Source: the human T2T-CHM13v2.0 reference genome, Homo sapiens. Taken from it: a stretch of 64,000 nucleotides of DNA. Below the pieces are notes generated by a model. That model saw only the letters and a list, made by a program, of their open reading frames with translations. It made no database searches and had not been told where the DNA came from. A program made the translations under genes and the position numbers. Shown here one piece after another: positions 42,246 to 56,004 of the stretch. The stretch lies in the NCBI RefSeq assembly GCF_009914755.1, contig NC_060934.1. One strand, given 5' to 3'. Every line of letters starts with the position of its first letter. Positions within the stretch are counted from its first letter, which is position 1.

Positions 42246-42421
42246 AGGCTCCCCACCCTTCTGTTTCTCACCTATGAACAATGCACATCAGCAGAGCGTC
42301 CACTTGCTGGAGTTGTTTCATGCTGAATTGAGTAATTCATGCTAAATCTGATACATTGTGAGTGTCCAATAAATTATTATTACTATCATCACCCTGACCC
42401 CCCAAAACTGTCTTGCAGCAG
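42246..42421 (+). repeat. MIR-derived segment, copy 1 of direct duplication (copy 2 at 44619-44795)
   Basis: 42306-42421 is identical to 44680-44795; MIR 3'-like 'gatacattgtgagtgtccaataaattattattactat'. Confidence 0.93.
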
Positions 42422-42709
42422 CTGATGCCCAGAAAAGGAAATCCTGAGCTGGAGGCCTGTGTGGAGTAGGGGATGACCTCAGGAAGTGGGGTGTGAATGC
42501 CCCAGGAGAGTGGCCAGGAAACCACCTTGCCAACTGCCTGCACTGTGGTGGGTGAATGCAGTGGTGAGATCAAGGCCCAACGGCCACGGACAGAGCTCAT
42601 GTCCCCCGCAGCCCAGGCGCCACTAGTGAGCTGGTGACCTGGGTAGGTTGGATCCTCTCTCTCTGCACGTCGGTTTCTCCAAAAGCTGATTGGATTTGTT
42701 GTCTGTGGC

Positions 42710-43080
42710 AGACCGTGTTACTGCTCACACATGTTCCAAGCCAGGCCCCAGGAGGGGATCCTATCTCTTGGCTGGCTGGCCGGCCTAGAGTCACTGACTG
42801 GCTCTGGCCAGTGAACTGTGAGCAGACGTGATGTGTGTCCTTTGAGGGTGACAACTTTGAGACTAGCCTGTTGTCTGCTGTGTTCTCCTTTCCCTCTGCC
42901 ACAGCATTGGTCACGGTCCTGGCCCCCATCTGCTTGAACCCTGCATGTGGAGGACCATGAGGCAGAGCCAGCCTGGCCGCCCCACGTGGACATGTGGCAG
43001 GCGTGGAGAATGAGCTGCTGCTTTGGAGTGTAGGCCCATCTGGGCATTTGCCACCACAGCAGAACCAGGACTGACCTCAT
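42710..43080 (+). mobile_element. Old MaLR LTR (MLT1J/K-like)
   Basis: 'ggccagtgaactgtgagcagacgtgatgtgtgtcc', 'gtggacatgtggcag', 'ttgccaccacagcagaacc'. Confidence 0.55.
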
Positions 43081-44229
43081 GGACTTGGCCTCTCATTATG
43101 ATCAGGGATGTGGCCTCTGAGCATTTGGAAACTCCCAGGCAGAGGATCTCCAATCTTGGCAGTTGGGATCCATGCCTTAATTACAGAGACTCGCACTTGC
43201 TCATCTGTTAAGAAAAATAAGTGAACGTCATCATGTAGAGGTAATAAATTTACAGAGGTAATAAAATTTAAGAGAAACAAAAGTGATACCCGTTTTTTAA
43301 AGGATTGGGTGAAATGAAATGTACTTGTATCTTTTATCACGATGAATGGAAATTAGATAGCAAAGCAAAAAGGCTTACACGGAGGAATAAACAGATTCCC
43401 ACTGAGAGACAAGAAACCATCTTTAAAGTTGTAATTATATGAAGGAAAAAGAAGCTTTCTACCAAGTAGGAGGGCAAAGACTTCTCAGTGACACAGGAAC
43501 AGAGAAGACTAGGGGAGACGTTGTGGAGAAGTTACTGTTAACCACCCTAATGAAATAGACAAATGACAGGGTGACTTTCCTAACTGGGCCTACATGAATG
43601 GCTGGAGGATTGACGGGGATGGGCGTGGACAGCGGCAGGGTGGGAGGCCCAGGGTGGTGGGGATAGAAACTGGGAAGCTCCCCAGATGGGTCTTGGGCAT
43701 CTACCTGGCGATGTTGGTTGCTTCACTACATAAAGTTCCAGAAAAATCACAAGGGAAGGAGGGACCTGTCCTGGAAGAAACTCATGGCAAGACAAGGCTC
43801 AGACCCAGGGGTTCACCATGCAGACCCAGTCCCTGGAACGGCAGTTCTTGCTGTGGCTACCCAAAGGAGAACCGGGCAGGACTTGATGCCTGGGCCTGGT
43901 CAGAGAGTAGACTCTCAGTTAGGGGCCAGGCCATCAGAGGATGCTGAGGCAGAACTGGTGGTGAATGGATTTTCCCCAGCCCCTGAGGCAGGGAGAGTGC
44001 AGCTCATGTGTCCCCCACTGGACAGGAGATAAGTCTGGCTCGTAGGAGCCACTGGGGCTTCTCCACCACAGGTAAGTCCCACAGTCCTTATCAGCTGGCA
44101 TTTCCTCATCTGAAAAAGCGCAGGGGTGACGGAGTTGTAACAATAACAGAGCCAAGTGCGGAAGTCCAACAGCGATTGCTCAATCACTATTAATTATAAT
44201 TATTTGATAATTCTTATGCTTTGAAGCCA

Positions 44230-44420
44230 TCTAGCTTGGCGTCAGAAGTCCTGGGTTCAATCCGAGTTCTGCCACATGCAAGCTGTGCAATCCTGGGTAA
44301 GTCATGTAACCTCTCCAAGCCTCCTTGTCCTCCTTTTCAGACTCATGCGCGCCTGTGGCGTGAGTTTAAGGACGGAGCGAGAGAATGCACTTGGCGCATG
44401 GTGAGTGAGGCGGTGCAGGT
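44230..44420 (+). mobile_element. MIR
   Basis: 'gtcagaagtcctgggttcaatccgagttctgccac...agctgtgcaatcctgggtaagtcatgtaacctctccaagcctc'. Confidence 0.7.
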
Positions 44421-44618
44421 TACTTTTGACTCTTTCATCCCTGCTTTCTCTTAAGTAAAAATGCTTATGCAGTGTGAAGAGATGCCTCCATTTTTGTTGT
44501 GTTAATTTGGAAAGGCACAGTAGAGACAATGGAAAACTAAGCAGGAGCCACTTTTTCTGGAGCCCTTGGAGCAGACGAGGTTCAAGGCTGTTTCTTTTCC
44601 TTCTGAGTGTGCAGCCCG

Positions 44619-44795
44619 AGGCCCCCCAACCCTCTGTTGTCTCACCTATACACACTGTACATCGGCAGAGTGTCCACTGGCTGGAGTTGTTTCATGCTGA
44701 ATTGAGTAATTCATGCTAAATCTGATACATTGTGAGTGTCCAATAAATTATTATTACTATCATCACCCTGACCCCCCAAAACTGTCTTGCAGCAG
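44619..44795 (+). repeat. Copy 2 of MIR-derived duplication
   Basis: Offset 2374 bp from copy 1. Confidence 0.93.
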
Positions 44796-45979
44796 GAGTG
44801 AGACTCCCGGCTCTCAGCCGCCCGCTTCTGGTGGAGATCGCTGTTGGTGATTATGCCACTGATTGATGGCCTTCCCAGGGCTGCCCAAGACAGGGCTTCA
44901 AATTACCCAGCTTGGTTTCAGGAGCCCAAACGTGGTAATAAGTACATGTCAATTCCACCAGCTCTGCAGGGCTTGACACTCCAGGAAGATGAGTGATCAA
45001 AATGCTATTTTTAAATTAGCCAGCTGATGACCTTTCTATTTCGTTGTGTGCTGAAATGTCAGCATTAACAAAATCACGGGGAGAAACTGTGCAGCTCCTG
45101 GCGAAGGATGTAAATCCAGCAGGAGCTGAACCTGGCAGGAGCCTGAGCATCCTTCACCGCCAACACCTGGGTGCACAGCTGTCGGCTGCAACCCCTGTGA
45201 GCTCTTGATGGAAAACTCTGCAAGTTTAAATGTGAGCCCATGCTCAGTTTCAGATCTATAAGAGATAAGGGAGGTCAGGGCTGCTAATCCCCTGATGAGG
45301 CTCAGCATATTCCATGGTTCGCCGAGTGCTCCCATCTGGCAGGGGCTCCTCACCCGTAAGGCTGTAGAGAGAAGACGAGGCACAAAACCTATGTGAGTTA
45401 CTTGGACAGCAGGCATGACAACCCCTCCAAATGCGATCATAAATTTGTAATTGATGGTAGTGATCTCAACACAGCATGATTCTACGTCATTCCAGTGTGC
45501 TGTATTTTGCTAGTGTGAGCTGCCATGATAAGCATACACCCACACCCATAGCAGGGACAAAGGTGCAGCATCGTCTGGTTATTTCCAGAGTCTTTGCCCA
45601 TTTTGTAGCAATGTCTACACTGCCATCAAAAGCATTTAGGAAGAGTTTTTGGATGTGCCATTTTTCTTATGCCACAGGGCAGGGGACTGTGATTCCCCTA
45701 AGTGACCCAGGAGTGCCAGCTTCCATAGGCCTCCTACTTGCGGACACCAATTCAGCCTGCACAGCAGCCCCTGCCACAGATGTGAGCCCAGGCCCACACA
45801 ATGCACAGTCAGCCCTGTTTCAGTTTCAATATCCAGAGGTTTTCAATAGCCCAGAGGGTTGGCCACAAACACATATTGGAGTCTATTTCTTTTCAGGCAT
45901 TGAACATCGTTTGAAGAAACACAAATAGAATTTTACTTCGTTTGATGGAAGATGGCCATCTGCTCTGCCTAAGGGGACC

Positions 45980-46057
45980 GAGTGTGCATTGCTCTGTCCT
46001 ATGTGGGTTCCCTCAGATGAGTGTGCATCACTCTGTCCTATGTGGGCTCCCTCAGAA
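45980..46057. repeat. 39-bp tandem duplication, 2 copies
   Basis: gagtgtgcattgctctgtcctatgtgggttccctcagat / gagtgtgcatcactctgtcctatgtgggctccctcagaa. Confidence 0.9.
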
Positions 46058-46708
46058 TGTTTTTCTATGTTCTCGCTTTCCTGTCCTGAGGGCTCATTTT
46101 CACCCCAGCTCAGTGATCCCAGGGGTGCCTACAACAGACTCCCACCTCCCTTTCTTCCAAGAATCTGACTCAGGGCCCACCTCTCCCAGGGGTGGAAGCT
46201 TCTGTGGGTTTTCAGGATTAACTTCCCAGCCCAAGGCATTGGTTCCTTGCTATTAGGAGCCCAGCGACCCTGCACTGCCCTCCACACCAGCTCCCATCTG
46301 CACTGTCTACACCATTGACACTGGTGGCACCATTTGCCTTAGCGTGACCTCCTATGCCCCTTGTCTGTCTGAAAGCCAATGCCTTGACCCAGCTCAGTTG
46401 CCCTGGGTGCCCCTTCACACCAGCAGCCCCTCCCAGGGCACGGCTGTAGGCGGGTCCCTGCACAAGCAGGTATCTGGCTGGTCCTTAAGTGCGAGCTGGG
46501 CTTCTGCACTCACTCATGCTGTCTTCTCTCTTTTTTTCATTGTCTTGGGATCCTAGAACCCTGTGCCCACCCCAGCACCATCCTGAGCCTTCAGGAAGGG
46601 GAGCGGGAGGTAGACTAACCAGACTGCATCTTAAGCAAGAATCATTATTTTTTCAAATGGACTCACCTCTGCTCTGTGCATTTCTTCCTGGATGGTGCCT
46701 GGTGAGGG

Positions 46709-46871
46709 GCACGACGCGAGAAAGCACAGGTTGTTCCCTGGGAACGTTGCTGCTCAAGAAGGACAGTGCTGCTGGCGAGTGACTCTGGGATGTTGGCCAC
46801 ATTGCTCAGGATGGTGCCACAGCCTTGTTTCACCTGGTAGCTTCCACCCGCTTCTGTGGGGGTAGAGAGCA
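46709..46871 (+). repeat. Copy 1 of ~163-bp spaced direct duplication (copy 2 at 47496-47658)
   Basis: Ungapped alignment at offset 787; about 16 mismatches over the 154-bp core, counted by eye. Confidence 0.93.
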
Positions 46872-47495
46872 GGCCACTGCAGAGGAGGGAGCAGGTGGAA
46901 CCGGCACATGGCAGAGGGAGGACACACACTAAGTGGGATGTGGGGAATGCACATCATCATAAAAGCAGAGGACTCAGCAGGTAGAAGTGGATGTGCGGGC
47001 CACCTCCTTGGGTGCCCAGCATCCAAGTTGTTTGCTGGCTTGGCCAGGTAGGGATGCACAATGCCCGTAGGCAGGGCCCTTTGGAGACAGCACCTTTGTC
47101 TCCAGATTCCTGCTGAGTATGAGCCAGATGAAGGCTACTTCCTCCCTCCTGAGTCCCTTGCCTGGGCCAGTCCCTACAGATGAGAGCTGCTGCAGGTGAA
47201 GCTTACAGTCTTTCTCAGCAGCCTGGCTCTGCTGACGATGGAGCGGCAGCTGCATTCCTGCAGGCAGCACATCGTATTTCTACAGCTCGGTCTCCAGGGA
47301 GCATGGACTGTCCTCTGCAGAGGGACGGCTGCCTTTACCCTCCACTAGTCTTAACCATACAGCCTTCCAGGGACCCCCACAGAGGCTGAGCTTGTCAGTA
47401 ACAGTACTCAGTCACTCCTGCCATGCCATGGTTGCCTCGCTGGCCACATCGTTATGACATGTGGAGAGGACACTGATGGGGTCAGGATTTAGCCA

Positions 47496-47658
47496 GCATG
47501 TCATGAGAAAGCACGGGTTGTTCCCTGGGAGTGTTGCTACACAAGAAGGACCACACTCCTGGTGAGTGACTCTGGGATGGTGGCCACATTGCTCAGGATG
47601 GTGCCACAGCCTTGTTTCACCTGGCAGCTTCCACCTGCTCCTGTGGGGGCAGAGAGCA
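47496..47658 (+). repeat. Copy 2 of ~163-bp duplication
   Basis: See 46709-46871. Confidence 0.93.
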
Positions 47659-47923
47659 AAGTGTTATCTCAAGCAGTGAATTGGGCTACTTTAATGGCAC
47701 TGAAAATCAGAAGAGATGGATGTGCCCAGCCTGTGATGGAGAGGAGCACAGTGGCTCAGCCCCATCTGGGGGACAATACCCTGAGCAAGGCAAAGCCCCC
47801 CTGCAGGCTGTGAGGCCCCAGGGAAAAGCTCTCCATGCGGCCTCAGGTGAACAGTGCAGGCAGTGGGAGCTGGTGCAGACTATAAGTACAGGAAGGTCAA
47901 TCTGTGTTGAAGAAAATAGTAAC

Positions 47924-48309
47924 TGCATTAGTCCATTTTTGCACTGCTATGAAGAAATACCCTAGACTGGGTAATTCATAAAGGAAAGAGGTTTAATTGA
48001 CTTACAGTTCTGCATGGCTGGGGAGGCCTCAGAAAACTTAAAATCATGGTGGAAGGAGAAGGGGAAGCCGGCTCTTTCTTCACAAGGTGGCAGGAGAGAG
48101 AGCCTGTGAAGGAAGCAAAGAGGGAAGAGCCCCATATAAAACCCTCTGCTCTCGTGAGAACTCACCCTCTATCATGAGAACAGCATGGGGCAACCACCCC
48201 CAGATCCAATCACCTCCCACCAGGTCTGTCCCTCGACACCTCCCTTGAGTTGTAATGGGGATTACAACTCAAGATGAGACTTGGGTGGGGACACAGCCAA
48301 ACCATGTCA
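47924..48309 (-). mobile_element. Solo MaLR LTR, THE1D-like
   Basis: 'tgcattagtccatttttgcactgctatgaagaaatacc...ggggaggcctcagaaaacttaaaatcatgg...acacagccaaaccatgtca'; TSD gtaac/gtaat. Confidence 0.9.
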
Positions 48310-48557
48310 GTAATAAATAATAAGGCACAGCTAATAGTTAATAATTATGACGTGGTAAAGACGAGAGGTCCATGCCAGAAACTTAACCACCATGGTTGTT
48401 TTGATGAAGTGTGGAGTAGATTTTTCTTCATTTTTCACAATATGATCAGATGATTTTTAAAGGAAAAATTAATTTGAGAAGATTAATGCTCCATATTTGG
48501 TGAGAATAAAAGTGTAACATCACCTGGTGATGTGTTAACATAAAACTGCAATATCAG

Positions 48558-48688
48558 GGCTGGGCACTGTGGCTCACGCCTGGAATCCCTGTGCTTTGGG
48601 AGGCTGAGGCAGGAGGATCATTTGAGTCTAGGAGTTTGAGACCAGCCTGGGCAACATAGGGAGAACCTGCCTCTATTTTTTTAAAAAA
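48558..48688 (+). mobile_element. FLAM_C / free left Alu monomer
   Basis: Single monomer 'ggaggatcatttgagtctaggagtttgagaccagcctgggcaacatag'; TSD aaaactgcaatatca / aaaagtgcaacatca. Confidence 0.88.
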
Positions 48689-49269
48689 GTGCAACATCAA
48701 AATTGGGGGGCCTGTTATAGCAGGAGAAATCCCCCCTAATAAGCAACACAGCACCACTAATGTTCTTTTGAATTATTCTTGTATTCTAAAATAGATAACT
48801 CTTTAGTAAAACAATTCATAAGTCTTAATCCATGCACCTAATAAACACTTTTCTGGTCATTTATGAATACAGCCAAGCTTTGTAGGAAGATCAACACGTA
48901 AGTGCTGCCCCCAGAACGGCTCGGATTCCCTAACCTCACCCTGGTTTCCCTGGTGAGCAGTGTCAGGGTTCACAGGCTTGCACATATTCCAGATCTTTTT
49001 CTTTGAGTCCATAGGGTTTTTGCTTTTCTGTTTTGTTTTCTACCAGAAGCTCTTGTCTATGTTTTATTTTAGTAAATAATCAGCTGCCACAGAAAGAAGC
49101 TCAGCGTTTCCATCACCATTTCCTGTGTTAAAGCCCCTGGAAGTGGGAGCCAGGGCATGCACAGGCGGTGGCCAGGCTGAGGCCCTCTGCCCAGCCCTGT
49201 GTTTCCCTACTTCATTCTGTTTCTGTTTCCTGTGCAGGCCCCTCTTAAATTACTTTTCTAAATTAATGA

Positions 49270-50345
<1,076 letters not shown>

Positions 50346-51439
50346 TGAAAACGGGATTCGATACCACAAATACAGGCTTTTTAATGGTTATGCCCCTTCT
50401 TCCCACATCTAGAAAAACGTTAAAAAATTAATGTTAAACAAGGAGTTACTCAAACAGTTCTCATTAGGAAGATGTGACTTACACATTTAAACTGAAATAA
50501 AAATAAATACATATACAACTCAGGACTTAGTCTTTATCCAAGAATATAAACCATCATGATGTGGATGAGAATGCATGCATATTTCTTAGCATAAAAGCTC
50601 TTCTCACTGGAGATATGTGGTGGGCATAGGCTATGTAATATAATGTGAATTATGAAATGTTTAATTAGTACTGGCTTAATACAGATGCAGGTGTAATACA
50701 CTGCTGGAGCTCACTGCTTAACACCATCGTGATGTTTCTGAGAATAACATCTGAGCTGGGGGAGCAAACTGTGTTGAAGAAAGGGGAGTAGATGTTCTTT
50801 CCATTTTCCGAGCGACTTGTATGATCAAGCATTCAACAAACAGTGACATGTATTCAGCACGTGTGATGCCTGAGATATTGTTCTTCGGGCTGGTAGTTGA
50901 GGAGAAAGACAAAGATCACATCTCTATTTTAAAGGAGATTATGGTGAATTTATACTAGATTTTTAGTGCAGGGAACAGAAATTTCCAAATATTCAGGTAT
51001 TTCATAGTCTAGTCCACAATAGTCTCTGTTTGATTTTTGGTTTTATTCAGAAGGTTCTATTAGCTTCAATCCTGGTCTTTGTTTTCAGTAGAAGGTAAAA
51101 TTCAGTGGGCACAGGGTAATATTTTCTGAAGGCTCTGGGTCTCAGATCCCATTACCTAGGGTGAGTTATCACAATAGCGTTCTCTCAATAGACATTTCTT
51201 CACAACTTGATTACCCACTGAGTCTTGTGTTACAGCTTGGAATCCATAGACTAAAAAGACAGGAGAGGCTCTGACAAGGGACATGTGCCTCCAGCACAGC
51301 CAGGGCTATGGACAGAGAGCTTCTAAGTGAGGACTTGTGGGGCACCAGTGAGATGTTCTTACATTTCAGATTCAAGCCACATCCCAGGAAGTCATCCTGA
51401 CTTTTCTCCCTGGCTCTGGTGCCCATCCACTTGGTCCCA

Positions 51440-51930
51440 TGACACCTGGGGCCATATCCTTGCCACCATCCTTAACACTTCTGGTCTAAAAACTGAAGTG
51501 GCCCATTTTTATCCAGACTATGTGAGTAATTTCTCAGTGGCTCTGCATCTATTATGCTATCTCCAGAGTTATCTTTTGACATGAAAATCTAATTCTTTGG
51601 TCTTCTCCTGAAACCCCTGCAATGATTCTCCATTGTTCACAAGGTAAATCAAAACCCCTTAAGAGGTCACACAAGCTGCTTCAGAGCCACCACCCTGGAT
51701 GACCTTCTGTCGCCTCCTGCAACCGTGTCTGTGTCCCATCTGTGCCCTGCCACCCCAAACTACTTGTGCACCTGAGAAAGCCATGCTGTCTCATGTCCGT
51801 TATCTTTGCTCATGCCCTTCCCTCTCCCCTCCCTTGATGTTGGAACATGCACCTAGGCTCCAATCAAGGAACTCACCAGCCAGTTCCCTGCCCCAGAGGT
51901 CTGCAGCCCAAGTCTAGAGGGAGCGTCTCC
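51440..51930 (+). mobile_element. L2 fragment
   Basis: 'ccagagttatcttttgacatgaaaatctaat...aaacccctgcaatgattctccattg'. Confidence 0.5.
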
Positions 51931-53100
51931 CAAGCCTCTGGGTTCTAAAACTCTAATCTCTTTCCCTTGTTCCCTTCTCAATCTCAGGCATAGAAATTGC
52001 TCCCTGGAGGTATGACCTCTGTGAAATTCAGTGTTTCCTATTTGCCTTTTCAGTTTTCTACTAAGAAGGTAAAAAGTCTTTACATTAAATTCTCCAGGGT
52101 ATAATATCTGTTTCCTGGACCTTGACTGATATAAAAATTATCACCAGGAGTTGTCTCAGGAAACAAACACTCAAAATGGTATTTGGGGATTGTTTTGGTC
52201 GCATTTTTAGGCTTGAAAGCAAGGCTGCAATTCTTGCAAACCTGAGATGGAATACTAGCTCCAAAGCATGTATTAACAGCAACAGTAATCAAAAAATCTA
52301 AAAAATCAGGTGACTTTGAGGGCTTTTGTAGCATTAGCAATGATGATAAGAACCACAGGATTAGATGCCTGCTCCGGGCATGCCATGAAATGCTTCTAGA
52401 AGGAATTTGACGGACACAAGGTTTTAAACGCTCAGGTCAAGTCATGGTTAGAGAATGCAGAACTTTTATAGTAACCATAAAAGAACTTCGTACTCCTTAT
52501 AGTTGCAAGGTCGACCTCTCTAACAGGATGACACAATATGAATTGTGTAGGCTGCAGAATTACAATGTAAGTTGAATTCACAGCCCCAGCAAGTTGCTAA
52601 TGAAAAAGTTGGGGCACTGATGGGGAAGGAGTGGGTCCATGAGATTTGAAATGAGGGTGACATTATGCTGACATTACGCACAAGTGGACATAAATGAAGC
52701 TGAGAGTGTTGAACCCCCAAATAACCCTGAGATTCCCTTGTTAGTGAAAACAGCCCACTTGCCCTCCCCCCATGTCTGAGGACACTATTATACCATCCTT
52801 TAATTATATACTCTGTGATAATCTCATCTAGGACAGTTACCTTACAAGGGTGTATGGATGTCATTAAGACCCACCCTCGGTTGCCCCTAGACTTGCAACC
52901 AGGGTCAGATCTCAGCATGTGCCTTGGCAGAAGGCACAAAATCTGACCCAGGAAGAAGTGGCTTATTCTCTAAGTCCACTTCTTAGAGATTATTGTTAGT
53001 TTATATTTCAGAAACTTAAGGTGCATATATGGAAATGAATTCTTAGATAATAGACCAAGAAGGATAAAATATAACACTGGAAAGGGCCAAGTCCAAGCAC

Positions 53101-53238
53101 ATGAGTGCACCTACAGGGAGCCCACACAGGGCGAGTGAGCTTGCAGGGAGCCCACACAGGATGAGTGAGCTTGCAGGGATCCTGCACCGGGCGAGTGAGC
53201 TTGCAGGGAGCCCGCACAACGTGAGTGAGTTTGTGCAG
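53101..53238. repeat. 30-bp minisatellite, ~4.5 copies, inside ERVL gag
   Basis: Unit gcgagtgagcttgcagggagcccacacagg. Confidence 0.92.
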
Positions 53239-55123
53239 TTGCAGGTGACCCTCATAGTTTACTCAGTGCATTCATCAAAATAAACTTGAACCAATGGAGT
53301 TGAGATGTTAGAACTCTCTTGGCATGTGTGTGTGTACATATATATATACACATACATATATATGGAGAGAGAGAGAGAGAGATCAAAAGTTCTAAGGGAT
53401 ACAAATGTGGGAAGGATTTCTTGCATGTGTTCTGCACAACCATGCTTTCAGACTAAAACTCCACACAAGCCCTTTGCTAAGGCATGGAGAAACACCCTAG
53501 TGAGGGAAGCACCCTGACCTTCATGATGCTCCCTGGCAGCTGTCCCTGTGAACCTGAGTGACCAGGGGAGAAGGTGCCAGCCTCCTGGGTTTTACTGGGG
53601 GTGGCAGGATCCTGGGCAGCAGAGGCCGAGTGGTGGTGTTGAGCTGCCAGGAGCAAGGTGGCTACATTTGCTGCATGAACATCAGGGACAATGTGACCAT
53701 CAGAATGTTTGAGTGCCAGGGAGTTTGGGCAGTGTCCAATTGATCATGGTTTTCCTGGGAATAGAATAAATAAGCAGCATTAAAATGTAACCTGATCTTT
53801 GTATGACAGGAAGAACACCAGGGCTGATGGCCAGAAATGAGGCTAAGTCAGTAGATGGAGAAGTACAGCTTTTCACCAAATTTCTAGAACTAAGCCAGTT
53901 CACAGTCCAGAAGGCCTTGCCTGAAGGAAAAGTTGGGTGCACCTGAGGGAGAATCCTGAGATGCTGTCACCCCATTCTTCCTCAAAGCCTTGTCTAAGTG
54001 ACCCTGTGTTCACTTACAGGAGTGACTCTGTTTTGAGTAAAATAAAATATCATATGCTTTGAGTGGTTCCTAGATTTCCTATAAAATTAATACCATTCTT
54101 AGATGCCTCTCCCCAAGCCCTGTAACCTGCTGTCCACACTGTAGCTAATCGTAGTCAGGTACTTTGACCAAAGTTTGTATCATTGTGGCCTCATGTGTAC
54201 CCAACTTGAGGTTATTTTTGATGTTCAGAATTTATTGTTAGAATTGCCATGATATTCAGTGGCAGAATCCCATATTGCTCCTGACCCAGAAACTGAGGGC
54301 TATAATGGTGGAAAGGGGCATATGGAAGACCTTGACAAGTTCCCGACTTACCAGAACATTCAACCAAATGCAATACATATCCTCAGATAAGTTACAGATT
54401 AGATCCATCATCAAAGACTTGAAAGATTCAGAGGAGGGCATAGAAACTCAATACTTATACAGCTATCTGTTTCTTCCTATACAGAAGGCAGATCTTGGAG
54501 AATGACTGTGGATTATTATAAATTAAGTTAATTGGTGACTCTAATGGAAGCTGCTGTTCCAAATATGTTCTTTTTACTGGAGTAAATCAACATAATCCCT
54601 GGAACATGATTCTTAGCTATTGACTTGGTGAATTATTTTTTTCGCCATTCTAATTTGCAATTCTGCTATACCAGAAGGCGTGCTTCCACCCGGCAGGGGC
54701 ACCGATGTACCTGCATGGTTTTGTCTCAGGGCTACATCATCTCTCCTTCAATAGTGAAGGAACTCCCAGGGATCTGATTCTCTCACTATTCCAAGGAAGA
54801 TTGCACCGGTTTACTACAGTGATAAAGTTATGCTAATTGGACCCAGAGAAGAGGAAGTAGCAACAATTTTAGATGCTTCAGTAAAATGCAGGTAAGCCAG
54901 AGGATAAGAGAAAAATCCCATGAAGCTTTAGAGGTCTCTGATGTCATGAAGTTCCTGAAGGTCTGAAGCATGCAGAGGTGGCCCTTTCAAGGTGAGAGAC
55001 AAGCTACTGGACCTTGCACTGCCTGCCACTTAAAAGCAAGCATCATGCTGCTTTGGACTGTAGAGCCTCTCTACCACACATAGAGGTCGTGCATACCATA
55101 CACACCACGTGCTGTAATCCATG

Positions 55124-55597
55124 TGTGACCAGAGGGCTCAAGAGGGTCTCCAGATGCTAGGGAGAGCCCACCTCCAGCTGGTTTTCAGGTTTTTGACATC
55201 ATTGCAAGAAAGAATTGAGAGATGAGTCAGAATGAAGGGGAAGACAAGAAGCTGTTTTTGCAAAGTGAAGATGCACACTCAAGAGGGCCACACACACAAA
55301 CCTGGGAGAGTGAGTCCTGCACAAGGGAGTTTGGGTTTCTGATTTTATCAGTGTTTCTTTAATTAGGGGATGTGATAATCACTAGGTATTCTGGAAAAGG
55401 AGGGAATTTCAGGGACCCTCCAGTTACCACCCCCTTTCTTCCTTATCTGGGTTTGCCTAGAAGAGTCAGGGACATGTCACCCTGACCAAGATGTTGGCCT
55501 TTTTCTCTCACTTATTTTGGGTTTTCTGTTATTCTGTTTTAGCTGTTGTTTCAGTTTTTCTATCCTCCGGTGACTACTCAGTGCTATTCCTATCTCA
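55124..55597 (-). mobile_element. ERV1-class solo LTR (MER4-group-like) inserted in ERVL pol
   Basis: TG...CA termini ('tgtgacc'...'cctatctca'), 'attgcaagaaagaatt', probable 4-bp TSD catg/catt. ERVL pol resumes at 'gagtggggctcagaataagagaa'. Confidence 0.6.
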
Positions 55598-55765
55598 CAT
55601 TCACTGGTGCCTTGTAAGATCGCCACTTCTGAGTGGGGCTCAGAATAAGAGAATGCCCTCCAAGGAGCCCAGCTGCCCTGCAGACATACTTCTGCCGGAT
55701 CCGGCAATGCGCAGAGGGTCTGGACTGAACAGGGGTGCCATGTAGAGGCCCTGCACCTCCCAGGA

Positions 55766-55943
55766 AGTGGTTCTCTTGGCATGCATCGACAATACCTGTG
55801 GGCTATTAGAACAGATTGCCAGGCCCCATCCCCAGAGTTTCTGACTCAATGGGTCTGGAGTGGGGTTCAAGTATTTGCATTTCTAAAAGTTCTTAGGTGA
55901 GCCTGTTGCTTCCGGTTCAGAGCCCACATGCTGGGCACCACTG
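55766..55943 (-). mobile_element. MER5A DNA transposon
   Basis: 'agtggttctc...cagattgccaggccccatccccagagtttctgactca...tttgcatttctaa...accactg'. Confidence 0.85.
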
Positions 55944-56004
55944 CTTTAGTGTTTTAGAGTAAATATGTTCTCTCTTTTGAAGATAACTATTTCCTTTGCA
56001 TAAA

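Noticed and set aside
54250-54900. Possible intact or domesticated ERVL reverse transcriptase
   Set aside because: Multiple stops and frameshifts; the catalytic YIDD-equivalent region (~54813-54830) is degenerate.
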